IMG/VR virus record: IMGVR_UViG_3300032050_000141
Location: 1 to 61,113 of that record
Source of the DNA: a virus
Lineage: Duplodnaviria; Caudoviricetes
Length of the DNA: 61,113 nucleotides
Direction: 5' to 3' (one strand)
Numbering within the stretch: the stretch's first letter is position 1; each line of letters starts with the position of its first letter. This document shows positions 54,681 through 61,113 of this stretch, in pieces. The position numbers were made by a program, and so were the translations under genes. The notes below the pieces were generated by a model. That model searched no databases. It was not told the DNA's origin and saw only the letters and a program-made list of their open reading frames with translations.

Positions 54681-56375
54681 TTACCTCCTCTGGCCAGTAA
54701 ACGGCGACGGCAAATTACGCTCAATCTGGAGTTCGCCTGCCGGGTGGCTGGCTCGGTAATAATCCAGAAGCGACTGGATTTGATTGCCCTGCCGGGACTT
54801 GAAGGCATTGAAGTCCTGCCGGTACTGCCCGCCGTCGCCGGGCATTCCGGGGCTGTCCGACACATTGCTCTTGCCGAACGGCGAGAAGTAGCCTGCCAGA
54901 CTGCCTTCGTTATAGGCCGAATAGAGTGAAGCCCCGAACGGCTGTTCTGTCAGTTGGTCATTGGCCAAATCCCAGCCGGCAGACCTTGAAACGTCCAGTG
55001 CGGTGCCGGGGATTAGTCCAAGCAAACCACCGGTTGCGCCATCTTGGGCTATGTTTCTGGCCGCTGTTTTGGCCGCACTTTTCAGGATGTTAGAGGGCAG
55101 GCTGGCTCCCATGGTGCCAAGCGTGATGGTGTCGAGGCTGTATGCCGGGGCCGTGGCTAAAGCATTCCAAGCCGGTGATGGGAACGAGTATTTCTTAACG
55201 TCCATTGCCGTGCCGGGCATGAACTTGTTGTACTGCTCCTGCCACAGCGGGTACTCGTCAATCATCCGCTGGTGGGTTTCGCTGGATAGCCTGCGGAGCC
55301 CTTCCTGTGCCGCCCGGGTTTGCTCCGGGTCGCCGCCCTCTGGAACAATCGGCACCTCCCTGCTGACGAGAGCCCCGAGGCGGGACAAGTCTCGCCCCTG
55401 TTCGCCGCCCCACATGCCGGGGTCGCGCAAGAACAGCGTAATGTTTTCGTCGGAGTTGGAAAGCACGTTCGCCCGGTCCTCGCTAACGCGGGCCATGCCA
55501 ACGTCATTGAGGTAGGAGTACGGCCAGTAGTATCCGCCCTCCAGAGAACTTCTGTACTGCCCCTCCTGCTGGCCGCGATCCGCCATGCGGTCCCAGTACA
55601 GTGCCTCCATCTGCCGAGCCTCCACAGGGCTTTCGATGGAATGGAGGTTTCGTAGGTAAGAGAGATGCCGGATGCCGGCCCCGGGGTCGCTGGTGGGGTC
55701 AACGTTGCGGAATAGGTTTACCGGGTTGCCGACGTTTATCATCCCGCCGGCTGCGAGATAGTTGCCCATCGGGTTGAAGATCGGCAACTTCAGTGCGGGG
55801 TCATCCTCCAAAGCCCCAAGCAGCGTGTAGGCCCGAAGGGCATCCAGTTGGTTGTCGAGCCCAGCGCTCGTCATAAACCGCCCGTCTTGGAACCAGTCCT
55901 TGCGGCGGCCAGCCCGCTGGCTCAAGGTCTGTCCGGCAAACGAACGGTTGGCGGTGCTTCCAGTTCCATCCTCCGGATCACCAACCGGGGACTGCCCCTT
56001 CAGTTCCTGAAGCAGGGAGCGTGCCATCTGGACTTGGTAGGGGTTGCCCAACTTGGCCCCGGTCATGTGGCTGAAGATGTTTTCCAGCCCGGCCTCGACC
56101 TGTTCCGGGGTCATGCTCAAGCCGGCGGCCTCGGCCTGCCCTGCGATCTTCTGCCGCAGAAACTCTGCCGGCGTTATCCGGGGAGAGTCCGGAGAACCGG
56201 TGTTGATCGAAGGCCGGTTGTAGAACGCATCCCGTGCCCGCCGCCCGTAGTCCTCGTTGACGGCCCCCGTGTAGAAGTCGGTGATCGGGCGAGGCTGGAC
56301 GTTTTCCATGCCACCGAAGCCGCCAGCGGCATTGGCATACGCATCGGCTCCGGGGACGAAATCATTCCACGCCAT
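54681..56375 (-). CDS. Putative internal virion protein
   Basis: 564-aa ORF, Gly/Ala-rich amphipathic C-terminal part. Confidence 0.6.
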   Translation of the reverse strand: MAWNDFVPGADAYANAAGGFGGMENVQPRPITDFYTGAVNEDYGRRARDAFYNRPSINTGSPDSPRITPAEFLRQKIAGQAEAAGLSMTPEQVEAGLENIFSHMTGAKLGNPYQVQMARSLLQELKGQSPVGDPEDGTGSTANRSFAGQTLSQRAGRRKDWFQDGRFMTSAGLDNQLDALRAYTLLGALEDDPALKLPIFNPMGNYLAAGGMINVGNPVNLFRNVDPTSDPGAGIRHLSYLRNLHSIESPVEARQMEALYWDRMADRGQQEGQYRSSLEGGYYWPYSYLNDVGMARVSEDRANVLSNSDENITLFLRDPGMWGGEQGRDLSRLGALVSREVPIVPEGGDPEQTRAAQEGLRRLSSETHQRMIDEYPLWQEQYNKFMPGTAMDVKKYSFPSPAWNALATAPAYSLDTITLGTMGASLPSNILKSAAKTAARNIAQDGATGGLLGLIPGTALDVSRSAGWDLANDQLTEQPFGASLYSAYNEGSLAGYFSPFGKSNVSDSPGMPGDGGQYRQDFNAFKSRQGNQIQSLLDYYRASHPAGELQIERNLPSPFTGQRR

Positions 56376-56378
56376 GAT

Positions 56379-57197
56379 CTAACCTCCGGTCAGGCCGGAC
56401 AGAGGAGTTGGCTGCTGCTGCGGCTCTTGGGCGCCACCACCGGACATCAGCAGCGGAAGAAGGACGCTGTAGTACCAGTCCGGTCTGGTTGGCGGCTTGA
56501 ACGGGAAATCTACCGTTTTCATTCCGCCGTATGGAACAACGTCGCCGTCGATAGCCACCGGCCTGTATTCATCGCCGGGCAGGAAGCCCAAGTTTCCAAT
56601 GTGATCGTCGTGCCACCTCCACCCCTGCCGCTCGATAGCCTTCAGGAGCGTGTCGGTGTGCTGCGGGTCAGAGGGGCCCCATGTGGGATGGTTCAGGATG
56701 GCCCGGGGCTGGATTACGACATCCAGCCCGTCATGCCGCCGGTGCGACGGCACGGTATCGTCCATGACGGCAGGAATTTCCATCTGGTGGGTGGGGGCGG
56801 CAACACCCCACACGCCCTGCGGAACCCGCGCGTCCTGCCACGTTGAGCCGAGGTCGGCCAGTTTCACCACGTTGTCGCCGGCACTGAACGTGGTTTTGAA
56901 CGCACCAGCACGGGGAAGATCGTTGACGCCAAACTCGTCAAACCCCTGAATGCCCAACGACTCCAGTTGTTTCTGGAGGTTCCACAGGAACTCCCTGTCG
57001 TGGACGATTCCATGGAGCAGGGGGTTGGCGTTTCTGACGTTGCCGGTCGTTCCCAGCGCCACGCCTTGAGAAACGGCGTCTTGGATGTTCCGCCGCAGCC
57101 ATTCGTCACCACCTGAACTGGCGTGTACCGCAGGCGGGCGGGGTGGCGTGCTGGCTGGCGCGGGGGCTTTAACCCGCCTCGGCATGCGTCCGGCCAT
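56379..57197 (-). CDS. Protein-kinase-like (PKL) fold protein
   Basis: AGAFKTTF..DNVVKL (G-loop and Lys), WHDDHIGNLG (catalytic loop), AIDGD (DFG-equivalent). Confidence 0.6.
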   Translation of the reverse strand: MAGRMPRRVKAPAPASTPPRPPAVHASSGGDEWLRRNIQDAVSQGVALGTTGNVRNANPLLHGIVHDREFLWNLQKQLESLGIQGFDEFGVNDLPRAGAFKTTFSAGDNVVKLADLGSTWQDARVPQGVWGVAAPTHQMEIPAVMDDTVPSHRRHDGLDVVIQPRAILNHPTWGPSDPQHTDTLLKAIERQGWRWHDDHIGNLGFLPGDEYRPVAIDGDVVPYGGMKTVDFPFKPPTRPDWYYSVLLPLLMSGGGAQEPQQQPTPLSGLTGG

Positions 57198-57565
57198 TAC
57201 TTACCCCTCCACTGGTCTTGCCAGTGCAGAAGGGCCATGCGGTTCTCCTTCCGCTTCCGCCACCACTCGATGAGAATGATGATGAGTTCGTACAGCAGGG
57301 CCGACAGGATCGTGGCCCAAATGAACCCAAACTCGCGGTCACCGTAGGCCAGATGCAGGTGCCGCTTACTGGACTTCATCAAGTCCCGAATGGCCGTGGC
57401 CTCGGCCTTGGAGTCGCCGGTGGCCAGAGCGAACTGTTCGTCCGGCCACTCCTGCACTACCACGGAGATGCAGTCGAAGACCCTCTCCTTGCCTGCCAGA
57501 TACTTCCGTAGGGGAAGTTGCTGCCAGATTTCTTCCTGAAACTTGCGGTACGCCGGATCGACCAT
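57197..57565 (-). CDS. Membrane protein
   Basis: FIWATILSALLYELIIILIEWW TM. Confidence 0.7.
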   Translation of the reverse strand: MVDPAYRKFQEEIWQQLPLRKYLAGKERVFDCISVVVQEWPDEQFALATGDSKAEATAIRDLMKSSKRHLHLAYGDREFGFIWATILSALLYELIIILIEWWRKRKENRMALLHWQDQWRGK

Positions 57566-57593
57566 CGAGGGGGAATCTCCTTGGACTCTCCCC

Positions 57594-57601
57594 TTTTATG
57601 G
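57594..57601 (-). promoter_or_regulatory. Candidate late promoter CCATAAAA
   Basis: Intergenic, at the head of the virion gene block. Confidence 0.45.
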
Positions 57602-57611
57602 TCAAACCAGC

Positions 57612-58004
57612 CTACCAAGGCTCGTTTCTGGATCGGGCGGGCTGTCGCTGCGGCTGACGCTGTGCCGGCTCGTCGGTTTCCTCACGCTCCTGCTTGGAGC
57701 GGACCATGAGGCCGATGTCGTTGGCCACCATCCGCAGGGCAGTGCCTTCGGCACCGTCCTTCCGGGTGAATGTTTCCATGGACAACTGGCCGACAAGCAT
57801 GACCTTCATTCCCTTGCGGAAATTACCGGCGGCATCGTCCGCCAGACGGTCGAAGCACACAACGTCCAGCCACGTAGTCTCCGGTTCCTTCCCATCCCGC
57901 TTGGTCGTGCTGGCCACCGAGAAGGTAGCCATCTGCTTGCCAGTTCGGGTCTGCTTGAGTTCCGGATCGCGGCCCAAGTTACCGGTGACGGTGGCTTGGA
58001 TCAT
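57612..58004 (-). CDS. ssb: Single-stranded DNA-binding protein
   Basis: GNLGRDPELK, FSVA, TTWLDVVCF, KGMKVMLVGQL; C-terminal EPW. Confidence 0.92.
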   Translation of the reverse strand: MIQATVTGNLGRDPELKQTRTGKQMATFSVASTTKRDGKEPETTWLDVVCFDRLADDAAGNFRKGMKVMLVGQLSMETFTRKDGAEGTALRMVANDIGLMVRSKQEREETDEPAQRQPQRQPARSRNEPW

Positions 58005-58008
58005 TGGT

Positions 58009-58104
58009 TCACTTCTTCTTGCCGTAGCCGCCGGGCATCGTCTTCTTGGCCTGACTGCTCTTGCTGGATTCCGTCTTCTTGCTGCAACTGCTGGACTTGG
58101 CCAT
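58009..58104 (-). CDS. Very small basic protein (31 aa)
   Basis: MAKSSSCSKKTESSKSSQAKKTMPGGYGKKK; GAAGGA RBS. Confidence 0.5.
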   Translation of the reverse strand: MAKSSSCSKKTESSKSSQAKKTMPGGYGKKK

Positions 58105-58118
58105 GGATCATTCCTTCT

Positions 58119-58223
58119 TCAAAAGGCAGGGCGAACAAGGGTCCACATCAACATCGTCACGCCGGCGATCATTGCCAGCGCCATAACGAACAGGGCGAAG
58201 TTTTCGTCTGGATTGTGCTTCAT
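58119..58223 (-). CDS. Small single-TM protein (34 aa)
   Basis: MKHNPDENFALFVMALAMIAGVTMLMWTLVRPAF. Confidence 0.5.
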   Translation of the reverse strand: MKHNPDENFALFVMALAMIAGVTMLMWTLVRPAF

Positions 58224-58225
58224 CG

Positions 58226-58615
58226 TCAATCCGGCTTGTGCTTGGAAGAATCCCACACGCCCCCCTCCTCCTCGTCCTCCTCTGGCCCGAGGGGGATGCT
58301 CATGGGGGAAAGCGATTTCTGGAACCGCTCCAGCAAGTCAAGCAACGTCGCGGCCCGATTGGCCATCCCGGCGTCGTTCACCAGCCGGACGGCCCACTCC
58401 AGCGCATCCCGCTCCGCGTCGGTCAGCGTGGCAACGTCCCCGCTGCGAATCACGCCATCCTGAAACCGGACCAGCGAACGCAGCCGCTCGATCTCGTTGG
58501 CGGCGGTCAGGTCAGGCTCGTTCTTAATCTGGAACGTTTCCCCACGCCATCGGAGGAAATCGACAATATCCATGTCACCAATTTTGCCAACGCTTGGCAT
58601 TTTGGAGTCCTCCAT
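58226..58615 (-). CDS. Hypothetical protein
   Basis: DIVDFLR..AANEIERLR, LTDAERDALEWA..AATLLDLLER phage motifs. Confidence 0.7.
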   Translation of the reverse strand: MEDSKMPSVGKIGDMDIVDFLRWRGETFQIKNEPDLTAANEIERLRSLVRFQDGVIRSGDVATLTDAERDALEWAVRLVNDAGMANRAATLLDLLERFQKSLSPMSIPLGPEEDEEEGGVWDSSKHKPD

Positions 58616-58675
58616 GATTCCCCACCAAAGCCCCCCGGCCGGGGATGAGCGACCCGACCGGGGAGCCCGGAGGTG

Positions 58676-58888
58676 TCACCGGCAGCGTCGGCAGACACTG
58701 CGGTGACGATTGCAAGCGGTGAAGCGCTTCACAGCGCGGGCCGGGGCGGTGACCACCCGGCAGGTAGCAGCCGCCACGGCGGCGACGGGCCGGCGGCACG
58801 ACTCGGCGGTGCAGGACTCCTCGGCGTTGACCAGCGAGCAGCCAATGACACCGAGGGCGAAGGCGAGGGCGATGATGATGGAACGCAC
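58676..58888 (-). CDS. Small secreted Cys/Arg-rich protein
   Basis: Signal peptide, RRPVAAV...VVTAPARAV; AAGGAG RBS. Confidence 0.7.
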   Translation of the reverse strand: MRSIIIALAFALGVIGCSLVNAEESCTAESCRRPVAAVAAATCRVVTAPARAVKRFTACNRHRSVCRRCR

Positions 58889-58959
58889 GGGAAGACTCCT
58901 TCTTCGGGGTGATGCGAAACCCGCTGCCCGAAAATCTTTGGGCAGAGGATTGCTTCAGT

Positions 58960-59448
58960 CTAGCGGCCTGTCAAGACCCGTGCTTCGTACATGTCGATGT
59001 AGGCGTTTCCCCGCAGGGCGAACCCCCCGTTGATCGTCTGCTGGGTGATGGTCTGGTCGCACCGGAACGGGACGCAGAACAGCCCCTTGTCGTTGGCGAT
59101 CACCCGGGTTAGCAGGGTATCTTCTGGAATAAGGTACAGGAACCCGATGAGGGGAACCCGGAACATCCGGGCACACTGGCTGGCTTGGACGATCTTGTCC
59201 ATGGTGACCAGCCATTCGTTGTTGAAGTCGAAGGTCAACTGGTCGCGGGTCATGTCCCGGGACTTCTGCTCCACGATTCCACGGACCGTCCCCTCGGGGT
59301 CGATCAGCACCGCGTCGAACGGGCAGTCGGATTCTTCGGGGGTACGGGCGTAAGTCCAGCCCCCGCTGTATTTAGTCCAAATCTCGGCGGCACGCCGGGC
59401 GTATTCCAAGGACTTCTGGCCCTTCGGAGTGAGGACATCCAACCCCAT
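58960..59448 (-). CDS. PD-(D/E)XK nuclease-like protein
   Basis: CPFDAVL...GIVEQKSR. Confidence 0.65.
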   Translation of the reverse strand: MGLDVLTPKGQKSLEYARRAAEIWTKYSGGWTYARTPEESDCPFDAVLIDPEGTVRGIVEQKSRDMTRDQLTFDFNNEWLVTMDKIVQASQCARMFRVPLIGFLYLIPEDTLLTRVIANDKGLFCVPFRCDQTITQQTINGGFALRGNAYIDMYEARVLTGR

Positions 59449-59546
59449 TTTCGTGCCCTCTATTGGGTATGTACACACGCCCGGTGTAGCGTGCTTTCCC
59501 GGTGTATATGCCGGATTTTCCAGTTTCCAGAACGAGACTTGATAGC

Positions 59547-59828
59547 CTATGCGCTATCAAAAAGCCTGCGGCTGGAGTCGGCGCGGTCAGCCGGCCCGTC
59601 CGAGGTGCCGGTGCCGAGGTAGACCCAGCGATCCCTGTACGCTGGCTTTCCGTCACGCAGCCTGCCCCATGTCCGCAGTTCGTACCACTCATGCCTGACG
59701 CCTGCGGGGCGAACGGTGCAAACGCGCGCCGTTCCGTGGCAGGAAAACTCCCACATGGCTCCGTCGAACGGGCCTCCGACAACTGGTACGTCGCCGGAAC
59801 CGGATGCGAGCATGGCTTCGTACTTCAC
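59547..59828 (-). CDS. Hypothetical protein
   Basis: VGGPFDG motif common in small phage proteins. Confidence 0.6.
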   Translation of the reverse strand: MKYEAMLASGSGDVPVVGGPFDGAMWEFSCHGTARVCTVRPAGVRHEWYELRTWGRLRDGKPAYRDRWVYLGTGTSDGPADRADSSRRLFDSA

Positions 59829-60005
59829 CGCTTCGCACTCCAGTTCAGAAAGCCGCCCGGCCGGGTTCGGCCGCGTGGCTCACCGGGTTCCCCAGCCTGC
59901 CACGCACGGTTTATCTGTCCGCTGCCTGCCCGGCCGGGCGACCGAGGGGCGACCCTGCCGGGACGCCGGGTGGGAATATACAAGGGGGCGTTGTATATGC
60001 AACGG

Positions 60006-60025
60006 GGCACGTGGGGTACGTGGGG
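60006..60025 (+). repeat. 20-bp direct repeat, copy 1
   Basis: ggcacgtggggtacgtgggg, identical to 60430-60449. Confidence 0.9.
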
Positions 60026-60091
60026 CGGCAAAATTAGACCACGGCCTAACGACTTGGGGTCTGATGCCAGTAGCGGAGATTTATAGGGAAG

Positions 60092-60400
60092 TTACCGCCG
60101 GACTTCAGCCGACCGGATGGCCTTGGCCAAAAGCCGGACCTCCGGACGCCACGCAGTCCAATCGCAGGCGTGTCCCACGTAGAAGTGGCACTGGTGGCAC
60201 AGTGTTATCAGACCCTCGGGTGGCGCAAGTTCCGGACCCCCGGCGTGGACCGGCAGGATGTGGTGAACCTCAAGTTCATCGGTTGCCCCGCACGCCTGAC
60301 ACTCGGGCTCCCGCTCAAGGTGCTTCTTCCTCCAAGCACTCCACTTCCCGGAGCGGGATGCCTGAAACTCCGACCACCGTGATTTGAGCCACCGGAACAT
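60092..60400 (-). CDS. HNH endonuclease (possible packaging accessory)
   Basis: CQACG..LEVHHILP...LITLCHQCH. Confidence 0.85.
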   Translation of the reverse strand: MFRWLKSRWSEFQASRSGKWSAWRKKHLEREPECQACGATDELEVHHILPVHAGGPELAPPEGLITLCHQCHFYVGHACDWTAWRPEVRLLAKAIRSAEVRR

Positions 60401-60429
60401 GCCCTGTTATGGAGGTCATGTTTGCATTA

Positions 60430-60449
60430 GGCACGTGGGGTACGTGGGG
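60430..60449 (+). repeat. 20-bp direct repeat, copy 2
   Basis: Identical to 60006-60025. Confidence 0.9.
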
Positions 60450-60722
60450 TGCGTGTTTACGCAATGGCCTAATCACTTTGAACCTGCTGGCACTAGACGG
60501 CAACTCCCTTGACCAATACCGTCATCCCCCCAACCGAGGGGACCGGAGGTATTTGGGAAAAAATCCAGAGGTGGTACGTGGGCGTCCGAGGCCGCCCATT
60601 GGGGGTGGAGGGGGTCGGGTTGTGACGTATGTACCGGCTGGGAACGGCGTTAGAGTGTGGCCGATCGTACCATCGGCCACGGCGCCCGGCCGTCCATCGG
60701 GACGGCGTGCCGTGCGGCGCTC

Positions 60723-60766
60723 AAAATGAAACCGGGCCCGGCAGGGTTTCCCCCACCGGGCCCGGT
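60723..60766 (-). terminator. Rho-independent terminator closing the leftward early unit
   Basis: accgggcccggtggggGAAAccctgccgggcccggt followed by TTCATTTT. Confidence 0.7.
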
Positions 60767-60811
60767 CGATCGACCCCGGGCATCATGCCCGGTCCGGCAC
60801 GGTGCCGGGAA

Positions 60812-61113
60812 TCACTCGTCGGCGCCGCCCGTCCAGCGGTCCGCCATGACGCCCCGCAGCCGAGCATCGGTGAGCGCCGCCCGCATGCCGCCCCCCTCGC
60901 AGAACGCGAGGAACGGCTCGACTTCTGCGCCCCACAAGCCGAACCCCCGGGAGCCGAACCCGCCCCCGAACGTACACTTCCCGTTCGCGCCGACATAGGC
61001 TGACAGCACGATTCCGCCCGGAATCACGATATCGGCCAACGCTCGACCCGGCAGGGAACCCGCCTTTTTCGGGACAGGAACCGTCCGGGGATAGAATCCC
61101 GGCTTCCGGGAAC
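60812..61113 (-). CDS. 3' part of the junction-spanning 141-aa protein
   Basis: Open frame continuous with 251..1 through the terminal overlap. Confidence 0.8.
   Translation of the reverse strand, partial: SRKPGFYPRTVPVPKKAGSLPGRALADIVIPGGIVLSAYVGANGKCTFGGGFGSRGFGLWGAEVEPFLAFCEGGGMRAALTDARLRGVMADRWTGGADE
60987..61113 (+). repeat. Terminal direct repeat, right copy
   Basis: Identical to 1-127. Confidence 0.95.

Larger units (their letters stand above)
1..61113. mobile_element. Complete tailed bacteriophage genome (podovirus-like), circular assembly
   Basis: Terminase, portal, capsid and tail genes present; terminal 127-bp duplication; no host housekeeping genes. Confidence 0.95.

Noticed and set aside
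11218-60400. Alternative genetic code
   Set aside because: Standard code gives full-length terminase, portal and capsid, and TAA, TAG and TGA all end coupled genes.

Overview
The window is a complete, circularly assembled, GC-rich tailed-phage genome. Bases 1-127 recur exactly at 60987-61113, giving a unit length of 60986 bp, and one gene reads through the join. The architecture is podovirus-like: terminase, portal, scaffold, major capsid, tail adaptor/nozzle, fibres and several large ejection-type proteins, with no tape measure or sheath recognised. The small secreted proteins suggest a Planctomycetota host (inference). A divergent early region (~60700 through the join to 11241) carries three leftward and many rightward small genes, a DksA/TraR finger, a DUF6744-like/MoxR-AAA/metallopeptidase-VWA module, a LexA-like regulator and an atypical serine recombinase. 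One long minus-strand arm (60400 to 11218) carries morphogenesis, recombination/replication (SSB, RecE-like exonuclease, ERF, SF2 helicase, resolvase), a lysis-like cassette built round a papain-type peptidase, and a sigma-like factor. The most notable unexplained features are: (1) six copies of a conserved hairpin element (CYATG..CGCCCCGGCGAG), each about 60-70 nt upstream of an early gene and pointing away from a repeat-rich centre; (2) a CCATAA late-promoter-like motif; (3) a ~450-bp structured non-coding island after the helicase; (4) a protein-kinase-like gene in the virion arm; and (5) 20-bp direct repeats bracketing an HNH gene. All product calls come from motif recognition by eye, not database searches.
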